A stretch of 64,000 nucleotides of DNA from assembly GCA_965367815.1 (NCBI GenBank), contig CBDUKN010000005.1:64001-128000 (forward strand), read 5' to 3'. A program made the position numbers and the translations under genes. The DNA comes from an uncultured Thermoprotei archaeon. Lineage in GTDB: Archaea > Thermoproteota > Thermoprotei > Thermofilales > B15-G2. Shown one piece after another: positions 40,142 to 50,212 of the stretch. Each line of letters opens with the position of its first letter. Position 1 is the stretch's first letter. A model generated the notes under the pieces. It was not told where the DNA came from. It made no database searches and saw nothing but the letters and a program-made list of their open reading frames with translations.

Positions 40142-41475
40142 AAGAGTGTTTTTGTGAAGTTTACTTCTTTTACTAGAACATAGGGTGTTTTCGAGGGCAG
40201 TGGTGTTTCCCACCAGTAAACATGATAGAGTTTTTTAGTGAGCCCTACAATATTCTGTAGGATTCTAGGAAACGTATCCGCTATTCTTAGTCCTCTAACA
40301 GCGTACTTTATCTCACCGTTCTCGATCAAGAATACGCCATCTCTACATACTGTCGAGAATACTCCTTCTCTGATATTCTGGTACCTAGTATACCAATTGT
40401 TTGAAACATAGATTCCTTTCTTTACTTCACGGAATATTTCCTCCTCGTTGTAGTCTCCTGGAAGGACTTTGAGTACTCGCGGCGAAGGCGAAATCCAGCC
40501 CGCGTTTCCAGTAGACTTTGTCTTGAAAGCTTTGGCAGTCATAGTATTGTGTAGAAGAGACTTCAGTACACCCCTTTCTATAACAGTAGTGTTCTGTGTT
40601 GGCACACCTTCGTCGTCGAAACTTCTAGCACCTACTGTTTTAGGCTCTCTTCCGGCGTCTACAATAGTGATAGATTCTGAGCCTACTTTCTGGCCGAGTT
40701 TATTTGTAAGGAAAGATGTTTTCATAAGAATATCTAGCGCTGAAGCAGCTCCTAGAACACTGCCTAGAAGATCTGCGGCTACTAGAGGATCTAGCACTGC
40801 GTCATACCTGCCAGCCTCTATTTCTCCTACTTTTGTGGCTTCTTTAGCTATTCTTCCAGCCTTTTCTCCAGCTTCGCTAGGATTGAAGTCAGATATGTTT
40901 GTTGCACAAGATACTCCAGTACCAGAGTACTCTCCGTCAACGAATGCTCTAACAGTAATGTCTATCGACGAGTGTTTCTCCGAGGCTTCTACACCGGCAG
41001 AAGTTACAAGTACTCTAGTAGAGTCTCTTAAAGTGAGTTGACCAGCACACCTTTTAGCTCCATTGGCAAGTGCGGCTGAAATAGCTTCATCTACGAAGTC
41101 TGCTATTTTCTCACTCGACTCTATTACTCTCTTATCGTATGCTCCCTCTATAGGCGTGTACTCAAAGGGTCCTTGAGGAAGCGGAGTGTAGAAGGGGTTT
41201 TCTTTAGCGTATTTGGCTATACTGATGAGTTTTTCTACAAGCGCCTCTACTCTACTTAAGTCAAGAGTACTTCCCACTACAACTCTTTTATTATAGCCTA
41301 TTCTTACGCGGACACCTGCTTCATTCCAGTGCTTAATAATAGTTATTTGATTGTTAGCGAAGCGCGCCATATAGCTTTCAGCTGAGCCGACTATAACGGC
41401 TGCATCACTAGCACCTAGTTTAAGTGCATAGTCAACAGCCTTCTTACCTAATTCTTTCATTTCGTCTACTTTCAT
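40138..41475 (-). CDS. tldE: TldE/PmbA family protein
   Basis: RFANN, FDDEGVP, STGNA; no HE motif. Confidence 0.88.
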   Translation of the reverse strand: MKVDEMKELGKKAVDYALKLGASDAAVIVGSAESYMARFANNQITIIKHWNEAGVRVRIGYNKRVVVGSTLDLSRVEALVEKLISIAKYAKENPFYTPLPQGPFEYTPIEGAYDKRVIESSEKIADFVDEAISAALANGAKRCAGQLTLRDSTRVLVTSAGVEASEKHSSIDITVRAFVDGEYSGTGVSCATNISDFNPSEAGEKAGRIAKEATKVGEIEAGRYDAVLDPLVAADLLGSVLGAASALDILMKTSFLTNKLGQKVGSESITIVDAGREPKTVGARSFDDEGVPTQNTTVIERGVLKSLLHNTMTAKAFKTKSTGNAGWISPSPRVLKVLPGDYNEEEIFREVKKGIYVSNNWYTRYQNIREGVFSTVCRDGVFLIENGEIKYAVRGLRIADTFPRILQNIVGLTKKLYHVYWWETPLPSKTPYVLVKEVNFTKTLF

Positions 41476-42929
41476 AACATCACCTTTCCGGGAGAACTGG
41501 ACTTAGGGGGAGCTACACTAAGCTTAACGTTTCTTAAAAGAACATGGGGTCCTCCAGCCCATACAGGGACTCCTTGCATAGGATTGCCTTTACCGCATGT
41601 TGCTGCAAAGAACTCTACTTCTTTGCCTACGGCCTCTACTTTAGAATAAAAGCCTTTTGTAGTAAACTCTATGAAGGGGTTGCGTACAGGGTACTTTATT
41701 TCGCCGTTTACAATATAGTAGGCTTCGAGTCCACCGTAACGCTGGAACCACCTTCTATCACATATGTTCCACTCAGCAAAGCTCTTAATATACACTCCTT
41801 TCTTGACTTCTTTCAGCATTTCTTCGAAGCTCCAGTCACCTGGAGCCATGTAGGTATTAGCCATCCTTATTATAGGTTCTCTATCGAACTGTGAAGCCCT
41901 CGCAGCAGCGTTGCTTTTTGTTCCAAGTAGTGAAGCGAACTCTCTGTTCATCAGGAATTCGTTTATTATGCCGTTTTTGAAGAGGTATCGTGGTCTAGCT
42001 TTTACTCCCTCGTCGTCGTATAAGTAAAATCCATAACTATTAGGTATAGTTGGGTCGTCGATTATAGTCACTTTATCTGATCCTATGCGCTCACCCAGCA
42101 TTTCTAGCTTCATGTAGCTTTCACCTGCTTCTGCTCCTTCTCTACCCCATATTCTATCTAGCTCAGATGGGTGTCCACAGGACTCGTGTACTATTATTCC
42201 CACGAGCTCAGGGCCGAGTATTACGTCTACCGGCTCTTTTGGCGGAGCCTTTCCTTCTTCAAGAACTTTAGCTAGAACTTTTGCCTCTGATACAGTTCTA
42301 TCGAGGATATTCCAGCGCTTGAAGTTTTCCCAGCCACCGCTTTCTCCGAGCTGCAGCCACCTCATGAGAGTCCCCTTACCAGGCATGTTGGCTATTATTA
42401 AGAAGAAGTATGATACTCTAGGGATTTTAGATGATATTAAGGCTCCATCACTATTACACACTATTTTCTCAGTGTAAGACGTAAAGATACGTAGGCTTCT
42501 TGTAGGAAGATTTATTTTAGTTTCAAGGAGAGCTTTATCTACTTTCATTAATTCTTTAAGTTTTTCTTCGAGCGAAATCTCTGCGGGATTCTCTTTAACA
42601 TATAGCATGTAAGAGACTCTGTGAGCTTCTTCACTAGACAGATTCATTTCAGTTTTTCTCATTTTTTCGCTAATAACAGCTTCACGGTAAGCTTTTTCTA
42701 CGGAGTCTCTTATACTATCTCTAGTCAACGTGTTAGTTGCAGAAAACCCTAATCCTTTTTTCGTAAAAACTCTCACACTTATTCCTGCTGACGAAGAATA
42801 CCCCATACTAAGAGGAACGCCGTTTACCAACGAAACATGGTCGCTTAAATCTCTCTGGTATCTCGCTTCAGCGTAAGTTGCGCCCAATTTTAGTGCATAG
42901 TCAACGGCATACTGTAGAAGATCTTCCAT
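41472..42929 (-). CDS. tldD: TldD metalloprotease
   Basis: HESCGHPSE, YDDEG, RMANT, CGKG. Confidence 0.92.
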   Translation of the reverse strand: MEDLLQYAVDYALKLGATYAEARYQRDLSDHVSLVNGVPLSMGYSSSAGISVRVFTKKGLGFSATNTLTRDSIRDSVEKAYREAVISEKMRKTEMNLSSEEAHRVSYMLYVKENPAEISLEEKLKELMKVDKALLETKINLPTRSLRIFTSYTEKIVCNSDGALISSKIPRVSYFFLIIANMPGKGTLMRWLQLGESGGWENFKRWNILDRTVSEAKVLAKVLEEGKAPPKEPVDVILGPELVGIIVHESCGHPSELDRIWGREGAEAGESYMKLEMLGERIGSDKVTIIDDPTIPNSYGFYLYDDEGVKARPRYLFKNGIINEFLMNREFASLLGTKSNAAARASQFDREPIIRMANTYMAPGDWSFEEMLKEVKKGVYIKSFAEWNICDRRWFQRYGGLEAYYIVNGEIKYPVRNPFIEFTTKGFYSKVEAVGKEVEFFAATCGKGNPMQGVPVWAGGPHVLLRNVKLSVAPPKSSSPGKVML

Positions 42930-43032
42930 ACAAGATATTTGAGCGAACTTAGCTTATAAAATATGTGGGCGCTCGCTCGAGGACACTGCTAATCTTTAAA
43001 TACTCTCCGAGAGTTTCACTACCGGCGAGTAT

Positions 43033-44865
43033 ATGAGAATAGTACTACTTCACAGCGATTTTATTGAATTTGAGCCTAAAATTAAAGCTATTGAAGAAGC
43101 AGAAAAAGTACCTAAAGAGAGGAAGAGAGTCGAAGAAGCGTTAGTCGTGTTCACTACGATCGAAAAAGGTGATAACGAAGAAATAGTGAAAAAAGCGGCT
43201 GAAGACATAATCGATGTACTTAACAAAGTAAAAGCCCCGCGAGTAGTTCTTTATCCTTGGGCTCACTTGAGCAGTAATTTAGCGCCGCCGGATGCAGCTT
43301 TAGCTTTAATGAAAAACCTCGAAAACGAGTTAAAGGGTAGAGGAATAGAAGTAGTTAGAGCTCCTTTCGGCTGGTACAAGGCTTTTACTATTTCTGTTAA
43401 AGGACATCCCTTAGCAGAGCTTTCAAGAACTATTAGCTTAGAGGAAGAGAAAAAGGAGACGGTAAAGCGCGGAGAAAAAAAGCACTTAATACTTACACCT
43501 GAAGGAGAAGAGCTTGACCCCGAGAAAGCAGATTTATCGAAGTTTAACGAAGAGTTCCGAATTCTAGTCGAAAAAGAGGCTCTTAAAAAAGAGCTCAAAG
43601 GAGGAAAACCTGTTATCCTAGAGTATCTGCAGAGATTTGGCTTCGAGTGGGAACCCTACAGCGATTTCGGACACATGCGCATGGGACCCTATGCTACACT
43701 CATATTCGATTTAGCTGCAGAGTACTCTCGCAGAGTAGCTCACAGCCTACCTATACCAGTATTCGAAGTAAAGGGAACTGCTTTCTTTAATCTTAAAGTA
43801 AAGCCTGTAAGAGAGCACGCCGAGCTCTACGGCGATAGGCTATACGTTATTAAGACAGATAGAGGGGATATGGTGCTTAGGTACGCTGCATGCCATCAGC
43901 AGTTCAGTTTAATTAAGGACTGGACACTGTCTTACAAAGATCTTCCCTTCGGAGCATTCGAAATAGCGGACTCTTATCGATATGAGCAGAGCGGTGAAGC
44001 AGAACTCTGTTTCAGACTAAGAAGATTCTACATGCCAGACTTACACATCTTCGTGAAAGACGAAGAGGAAGCAAAGAAGTGGGTCATGGTTATCCACGAT
44101 AAAATAATGAGTGAAATGAGCAAAGTAGGTAGAAACTACGAGCTGCTGGTCAACGTATCAAGCCCCGAGCAGTACGAGAAATATAAGAGCTTTATTATCG
44201 AGCTTGCAAAGAAGATAGGCAAATCCGTTTTAGTCGCAGTATACCCGCCGGGAATAAACTATTACTGGACAATTAACATAGAGTACCACATACTAGATCA
44301 GCTCAAAAGGCCGAGAGAAGTAGGAACAGTTCAGATAGACATAGGTAACGCGAAGAGATTTGGCATAAAGTACATGGACAAAGACGGAACAGAAAAGTAC
44401 CCAGTAATACTTCACACAGCAATAATAGGGAGTCTTGAACGCTACATATACGCGTTGTTCGACACAGCACTAATGAAAAAGAAGCCCGTGTTACCGCTCT
44501 GGATAAGCCCTGTTCAAGTAAGAGTAATTCCCGTAAGCAAAGAATACATGCCTTACGCTGAGCAGATAGCTGAAAAACTTTCCTCAGCAGGATACCGCGT
44601 AGACATAGACGATACCGACAGACCGCTGGGTAGAAAAATAGTTGACGCGGAGAGAGAGTGGGTTCCATATATTATTGTAGTAGGAGAAAAAGAAGTTAAA
44701 GAAAATGTAGTGAACGTAAGAATAAGAGAAACAGAAGAACAGAAAACAATGAAATTAGAAGAGCTAGTAAGTATGCTAGACGAGAAAATAAACGGCTATC
44801 CAAAGAAACCCTACGGCATACCAAGATATCTCTCTAAGAGACCCGGATTCCTGAAGCTAAGCTAA
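43033..44865 (+). CDS. thrS: Threonine-tRNA ligase, archaeal type with N-terminal editing domain
   Basis: YPWAHLS, APFGWYK, GHPLAELSR, YRYEQSGE, RRFYMPDLH, GSLER. Confidence 0.96.
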   Translation: MRIVLLHSDFIEFEPKIKAIEEAEKVPKERKRVEEALVVFTTIEKGDNEEIVKKAAEDIIDVLNKVKAPRVVLYPWAHLSSNLAPPDAALALMKNLENELKGRGIEVVRAPFGWYKAFTISVKGHPLAELSRTISLEEEKKETVKRGEKKHLILTPEGEELDPEKADLSKFNEEFRILVEKEALKKELKGGKPVILEYLQRFGFEWEPYSDFGHMRMGPYATLIFDLAAEYSRRVAHSLPIPVFEVKGTAFFNLKVKPVREHAELYGDRLYVIKTDRGDMVLRYAACHQQFSLIKDWTLSYKDLPFGAFEIADSYRYEQSGEAELCFRLRRFYMPDLHIFVKDEEEAKKWVMVIHDKIMSEMSKVGRNYELLVNVSSPEQYEKYKSFIIELAKKIGKSVLVAVYPPGINYYWTINIEYHILDQLKRPREVGTVQIDIGNAKRFGIKYMDKDGTEKYPVILHTAIIGSLERYIYALFDTALMKKKPVLPLWISPVQVRVIPVSKEYMPYAEQIAEKLSSAGYRVDIDDTDRPLGRKIVDAEREWVPYIIVVGEKEVKENVVNVRIRETEEQKTMKLEELVSMLDEKINGYPKKPYGIPRYLSKRPGFLKLS

Positions 44866-44918
44866 AATCTAGGTACTATTTTAAAGAAGTTTCTAGGTAA
44901 ATTATCTGGGTTTAGTTA

Positions 44919-45500
44919 ATGTACTCTTTCGTCTATAAAATTAAGCCCGAAGACAATGTAGCTACAGCTCTAGTTGAGCTAAAAAGAGGTCATGTTTATA
45001 GAATATTTGAAGAAGGAAGAGGTTTCATAGGAGAAATAAAAGCTGCAACAAAAGTCCCACAGTGGTATAAAATCGCGTTAACAGAAATACCCGAAGAAAC
45101 TCCTGTAATTAAGTTCGGCTACCCTATAGGTCTAGCTACAATAGATATTGAGCCCGGAACCGTAGTTCATTTAACAAACATAATTCTAAGCCCTGATCTT
45201 GTTTTCGAAGAACTTGTTGAAAAAGGATTTACTTTAGGAAAAGCTCTCGTCAATATAGATAAAGGAGACAGTGTTAGAGTAGGCAAAAACTTTAAACCAA
45301 CGCATCCTGTCCTCAAGGAGCTACCTACTGGAACAAAAATAGGATATGCTGCTAAACGAATTCTAGCAGATGAAATAGTTAGACTAGGAAATCTCACAGA
45401 ACTGCCACACAAGCTTGGCTGGAACGAAAAGTACCGCAATTTAGTCAAAGAATTCTACAAGTTTCTGAACACAGGTGTAATAAGTATGAGTAGGGTGTAG
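44919..45500 (+). CDS. SAF-domain small subunit of UxaA/GarD-type dehydratase
   Basis: DNVATAL, KIAL..I, KFGYPIGLA...G..VHLTN, partly duplicated. Confidence 0.8.
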   Translation: MYSFVYKIKPEDNVATALVELKRGHVYRIFEEGRGFIGEIKAATKVPQWYKIALTEIPEETPVIKFGYPIGLATIDIEPGTVVHLTNIILSPDLVFEELVEKGFTLGKALVNIDKGDSVRVGKNFKPTHPVLKELPTGTKIGYAAKRILADEIVRLGNLTELPHKLGWNEKYRNLVKEFYKFLNTGVISMSRV

Positions 45501-45503
45501 TGT

Positions 45504-46760
45504 ATGGAGAAGTGTTTAGCTTACTACAGGAAAAAACGCAGAGTATACGGCGTCAGAAACCATGTTCTAATAATCCCTACGACTTTCTGCGTAAACAATG
45601 TTGCCTATCAGATATGGTCTTTCTTCGCTGAAGAACGCTGGGGAGACTATGAAGAAAATAGAGTAGTTCTAGCGCTCCACGACGCAGGCTGCTGTCATGT
45701 AGGCTTTGACAGAGAAATAGCTTTCAGAACATTTCTCGGAGTAGCCTCAAATCCAAATGTGTATGGAGTACTACTCGTAAGCCTAGGCTGTGGTCAATTC
45801 TGTAAACCTCCGCTCAAGCCAGGAGAAGACAAGAAAACTAATTTAATGAACTTTAAGCTCTACGATAGATTAGTTAAGCGCGGAGTACCCGTAAAATGGG
45901 TTAATGTACAGGAAGTAGGATTCAGCAGAGCAGTCGAAATAGGAGTAAAGCACGTAGAGGCAATGGTTAAAGAAGCACGCAAACTCGAGAGAACAGGGTG
46001 TCCTTTAAGCAAAATAGTTATAGGAGTAGGCAATGGCGCAAGTGACCCTACTTCAGGGCTTTTTGCGAACCCGGCTGTAGGCTACCTAGTAGACTACTTT
46101 ATAGAAAAGGGTGGAACAGTAGTCTTCACTCAGTCTACGGAAGTACTAGGAGCCGAAGAATATCTTTTCTCGAAGGTCAAGAGGGAAAAAACTAGACTCA
46201 AGCTCAAAAGGCTTCTAGAAACACTGATAGTATTCAAAGAAGGTCTAGAAGAATACTTAGGTATTTCCGATCCAACTCCAGGAAATATTGAAAGTGGAAT
46301 CTCTACTCTAGCCGAAAAATCTCTCGGTACAGTACTCAAAATAGGGCACAGTAAAGACATTGAGATAAAAGATGTTCTATCATACGCGGAGAAAATACCT
46401 AGAAACGGAGGACTATACTTTATGGATGGTCCAGGAGAAGACCTGTTAGCTATAACAGGAATGGTGGCTGGAGGAGCACAAGCAGTAATATTCACTACAG
46501 GTCTAGGAACACCAATAGGTAGTGTTGTCGCTCCCGTTATAAAAGTGACAGCGAACAAGGAAACGTATACAAAACTAAACGAAATCATAGACGTATACAT
46601 TCCAGTAGAAAAATTATTCGAGGAAAGTAAGTCTCTTCAAGAAATAGCGATTGATGTTCTATGGGATTATCTTTTAAGAGTATTGTCTGGTGAACCAGTT
46701 AAAGCAGAGAAAAGAGGACAAATGGATTTTGGTGTAAGAGAATACTGGATGAAAATGTAG
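45504..46760 (+). CDS. UxaA/GarD family dehydratase large subunit
   Basis: GVRNH, SLGC, SD.TSG..ANP, PTPGN..SGISTLAEKSLG, FTTG.GTP. Confidence 0.88.
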   Translation: MEKCLAYYRKKRRVYGVRNHVLIIPTTFCVNNVAYQIWSFFAEERWGDYEENRVVLALHDAGCCHVGFDREIAFRTFLGVASNPNVYGVLLVSLGCGQFCKPPLKPGEDKKTNLMNFKLYDRLVKRGVPVKWVNVQEVGFSRAVEIGVKHVEAMVKEARKLERTGCPLSKIVIGVGNGASDPTSGLFANPAVGYLVDYFIEKGGTVVFTQSTEVLGAEEYLFSKVKREKTRLKLKRLLETLIVFKEGLEEYLGISDPTPGNIESGISTLAEKSLGTVLKIGHSKDIEIKDVLSYAEKIPRNGGLYFMDGPGEDLLAITGMVAGGAQAVIFTTGLGTPIGSVVAPVIKVTANKETYTKLNEIIDVYIPVEKLFEESKSLQEIAIDVLWDYLLRVLSGEPVKAEKRGQMDFGVREYWMKM

Positions 46761-47269
46761 CTAGTGTCCTAGAAGTTTCTTTAAGTAAACTTTAACGGCT
46801 TTTGCGTTAAGGTATATATGAAGTATAGCTGGTATAAGCATTAGTATTAAAGACAGAGTATGGATATTTACTAAAGCTGTCTTACCGGCGGCTCCTTTTC
46901 CTCGTGGAGCAAATATTAGCATTACTCCTGTAATTGCCCCACTTCTCGACCTTCGTAAACAATAGTAATTTTAGGATTTTTACTGCCTCTAGTGCCGTCG
47001 AGAAAAACTTTACTTAAATCAACTTTTTAAAACACCTATTTCTTCTCCTTTTTATAGATAATAGTGTATTGAGCCTCATCTTCGCTGCAAGAAGTCTTTT
47101 CTTTTATTGTACACTTGGGCAGTATATTTGAAATAAACTTTTTTAGTTCTCCGCTTACTTCAAGAGCTTCTTCTAAGCGACTGTTCCACCAAAAGTAAAG
47201 TAAGGTAGCGCTAATGGCTATTGCTATAAAAGCTACTAGAAATATTTTCATCGAGAGAAAGCATATCAA
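46761..47269 (-). pseudogene. Decayed pair: membrane-anchored protein with internal stops plus DUF4405-like fragment
   Basis: Frame of ORF 47036-47269 resumes after two stops flanked by A-runs, to TAA 46922; then AITGVMLIFAPRG...IHTL...LHIYLN to TAG 46761. Confidence 0.45.
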
Positions 47270-47357
47270 AATGAAAATACATCTTTCTCACTTTTTGTGA
47301 GTTTAAGAAATATTATTTATCGCAAATTTAATTAAATTTTGAGGAGTAGTAAATAAC

Positions 47358-47475
47358 GCCCCCGTAGCTTAGTGGCCTAGAGCGCCCGCGTGGTAAAGTA
47401 TCTCTATATAGAGCGGGTGGACCCGGGTTCGAATCTCGCGTAAAAAAGCGGGCGAGAGTCCCGGCGGGGGCTCCA
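47358..47475 (+). tRNA. tRNA-Thr(GGT) with two introns (37/38: 47396-47411; 59/60: 47434-47458), CCA encoded
   Basis: Acceptor GCCCCCG/CGGGGGC, U73, D-stem GCTT/GAGC, anticodon stem CCCGC/GCGGG, T-stem CCGGG/CCCGG; full BHB at the T-loop intron. Confidence 0.92.
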
Positions 47476-47478
47476 GTT

Positions 47479-48297
47479 TTACACTGGCGTTAATAGCCTT
47501 AAGGAAGGTTTTCTTGAGACAAATTCGCAGTATTCATCGCCTTTACAGAGACATTTTACTTCAGTTAAGGAAATTCTTTCGCTTAAGATATGTGAAAGGA
47601 AGCCCGCTAGTATTCCTCTCAGATAGTGACTTCTAGGACCTTCTCCTTTGCCCCTGAAAGGTCTGCATTCAAAACTGTCATAGAGCCTGAATCTTATCCT
47701 TTTCTTCTTTTCGTCGAACTCTAGTATCTCATAATTTTTGACCCAGTTTAGTACTTTGAAGACTTCAAGTCCTAGAATAAATAAATCTATGCCTGATACT
47801 CTTGCGAATTTCTCCCATTTTTCTCCCATATGGTATCCTGCTCTAAAGCCTAGCTGGTACATAAATGCTTGACCTGCGACACCAAAGTACTGGTCTAAAG
47901 CTTTATATAGCTCACTAAGCCATTCGTCTCTTTCAAGTATAGCTTCTCCGCCAAGAGTTGAAATAGATACATTGAATGAAGGTACAAGTATTTTTCCTAT
48001 TTCTTTAATTCCGTGTTCTATGCCGTAGACTACGTCGAGTGAGGACATTTCTTCAACTATTTTCTCAAAATTTTCTTTAACTTCAGTTATATCTAGTTGA
48101 GAAATCCAGTAAGCATACTCTTTTTCAAGAGGAGCTTCAATAACTCCGCTCAAGATGTTTATTTTATATTTAGCTAGAATCTGAACGATTTTCGAGAGAG
48201 CTCCAGGTTTATTGGCTAGTTTAACGGCTATGAATGTTATTTTTCTTCCTTTCTTCTTTTCGACGATGAAAGGATACGCCATACTATAGCTGGTCAC
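47479..48297 (-). CDS. ACT + V4R domain protein
   Basis: NKPGALSKI...INILSG; SFEC...RGILAG...EVKCLCKGDEYCEF. Confidence 0.85.
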   Translation of the reverse strand: MTSYSMAYPFIVEKKKGRKITFIAVKLANKPGALSKIVQILAKYKINILSGVIEAPLEKEYAYWISQLDITEVKENFEKIVEEMSSLDVVYGIEHGIKEIGKILVPSFNVSISTLGGEAILERDEWLSELYKALDQYFGVAGQAFMYQLGFRAGYHMGEKWEKFARVSGIDLFILGLEVFKVLNWVKNYEILEFDEKKKRIRFRLYDSFECRPFRGKGEGPRSHYLRGILAGFLSHILSERISLTEVKCLCKGDEYCEFVSRKPSLRLLTPV

Positions 48298-48481
48298 GGT
48301 AGCCCCTTTAAATACTGTATGAAATTATATATGTTTATTTTTACGACAAACGAGAGGGCAGAAACCTTTATTAGGTTAGTTTAGTAGAGCCTAGCACAAG
48401 TCTAAGATGAAATATTTGATGATTCTAAGAGGTTATTGAAGCCTGTGGAATTGTGGTCACCTTAATCTGTCCTAAACCACC

Positions 48482-48970
48482 ATGAGTTACTCTCGAGAGG
48501 CAAACAGTAGAATTTATTATTCTCTACATATAACTAGTTTTATGTTAGATGTAAGAGTAGTTGAAGAAAGTTTTAGCTCACATAAAAGAATAGAGATATT
48601 GGACTTTACTTCAAAGCTAGAGGAAGTTGTTAGAAAGTATGGTCTTAAAGAAGGAATAGTAATGGTATTCCTGCCTCATGCTACAGCAGCAGTTACAGCA
48701 AATGAAAATGAACCGGGTCTCATAGGAGACATCAAAGATGTTTTAACGAAAATAGCTCCGCCAGACGGATCTTTCCGCCATAATCTTATTGACGACAATG
48801 CACATGCGCATATACTTTCAGCTATAATGAAAGCATTTTATATTTTCCCTGTAAAGGAAGGAAGAGTCATTAGAGGCACCTGGCAAAACCTCTTTATAGT
48901 AGAGCTCGACGGGCCGAGGCACTACAGGAAAATAGTCTACGTACTACTAGGAAAATTCAGAAAAACTTAA
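48482..48970 (+). CDS. yjbQ: YjbQ/UPF0047 family protein
   Basis: HATAA, NENEPGL, NAHAH, GTWQ, ELDG. Confidence 0.92.
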   Translation: MSYSREANSRIYYSLHITSFMLDVRVVEESFSSHKRIEILDFTSKLEEVVRKYGLKEGIVMVFLPHATAAVTANENEPGLIGDIKDVLTKIAPPDGSFRHNLIDDNAHAHILSAIMKAFYIFPVKEGRVIRGTWQNLFIVELDGPRHYRKIVYVLLGKFRKT

Positions 48971-48995
48971 GAAACTAGCAGAAATAATTACTATA

Positions 48996-49055
48996 GGGAT
49001 GATTGCTTTTCGGGGAGCCTGAGGGCTTCCGATGAGGTAGCCCTTATCCCGCTGA
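48996..49055 (+). ncRNA. Box C/D guide sRNA
   Basis: GGGATGA-ttgcttttcggggagc-CTGA-gggctt-CCGATGA-ggtagcccttatcccg-CTGA. Confidence 0.8.
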
Positions 49056-49115
49056 CCTTAAATAGGTTATTTTGTTTTCCCAAAGATCTTAAATACTGGG
49101 ATAGCAAATATAATA

Positions 49116-50201
49116 GTGATGCAGTATCTTTCTCCTGTCGAGCCTATTCTGCCGTCTGCTTTTCTTAGAGAAGCAGTTAAAGAGGCTATAGATATTAATG
49201 AAGCTGAAATACCTGTAGTTGATGAAAATTCCCGCTACTTAGGTGTAGTAGATCTAAGACCCTTCTTTCTTCCGACAACAGATATTCTTGAGACGAGAGT
49301 CTCTAATGTCATGGTGAAGTATCCTACTATGGTTGAAGGTACTTTCTCTCCTGAAGACGCTATGCCTCTTATGGTTAATAGTGGAATTAGGGGTATTCCT
49401 ATAGTTAGAGGAAAAGACGAGTATTTTGCTATGTTTTACCACAGAAATGCTCTTGAGTATTTAAAAGAAAAAGGATTTGGTAAGAATATTAAAATACACC
49501 AAGCTATGCGAACAGTTGTTCCTTGTGTTTCTAGTGATGATACTCTCGCTAAAGCAGCAGCTATAATGAGGAGACATAAAGTTTCAAGAGTTATTGTAGC
49601 TGAAGAGAAGAAAGGATTAGTTAAACCTCTAGGAGTTTTAACTAGAACAGATATTCTACGGATACTTTTTAAATATAGTAAAAGTAGAGCAAGTTTCGGC
49701 GAAGTTTCTGGCGAAAAATATAGGTTTCTTTCACGTAGAGTTCGTGACTTCATATCTCCTAACATAATTACTGTAAATCATGATGATTTTCTATCTGCTG
49801 CAGTGAAGCTAATGCTTGAAAATAATGTGAGAAGCCTGCCTGTAGTCAAAAATGGTGAGCTAGTAGGACTTATTGCCTCTACAGACATAATCAAGACGTA
49901 TGTTCGATATATGACTCTCTACGCGAAAGCCAGAAGAGTATTTTATAAGATTCACACAAATGTAGAAGAACTTAAGCCTCGTATTGAAAGAATTATTCTC
50001 TCGAAAAGAATACCTCCTGGTGTTTCAATAGACGTGGAGTTCTATAAACGGCGAGGAAACTTATTTGAAGTTTACGTAAGGTTCCGTACATTCAACAAAT
50101 TTGTAGTATATGGCGACACTGCTCACGGATTAGAAAAAGCTTTTAGAGCACTTAAAAAGGCTATCAATTACTGTAGGTCTCAGATATTTGAGATAAGGTA
50201 G
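49116..50201 (+). CDS. 4xCBS protein with C-terminal alpha/beta (HPF-like?) domain
   Basis: CBS cores, RASFGEVSGEK insert, ~90-aa C-terminal extension. Confidence 0.75.
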   Translation: MMQYLSPVEPILPSAFLREAVKEAIDINEAEIPVVDENSRYLGVVDLRPFFLPTTDILETRVSNVMVKYPTMVEGTFSPEDAMPLMVNSGIRGIPIVRGKDEYFAMFYHRNALEYLKEKGFGKNIKIHQAMRTVVPCVSSDDTLAKAAAIMRRHKVSRVIVAEEKKGLVKPLGVLTRTDILRILFKYSKSRASFGEVSGEKYRFLSRRVRDFISPNIITVNHDDFLSAAVKLMLENNVRSLPVVKNGELVGLIASTDIIKTYVRYMTLYAKARRVFYKIHTNVEELKPRIERIILSKRIPPGVSIDVEFYKRRGNLFEVYVRFRTFNKFVVYGDTAHGLEKAFRALKKAINYCRSQIFEIR

Positions 50202-50212
50202 GTGTAGCTACA

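Noticed and set aside
47358-47475. tRNA as attachment site of an integrated element
   Set aside because: No integrase and no duplicated tRNA fragment seen in the window
48416-48470. TTGATGA...CTGT C/D-like candidate
   Set aside because: Degenerate D and C' boxes, AT-rich guides
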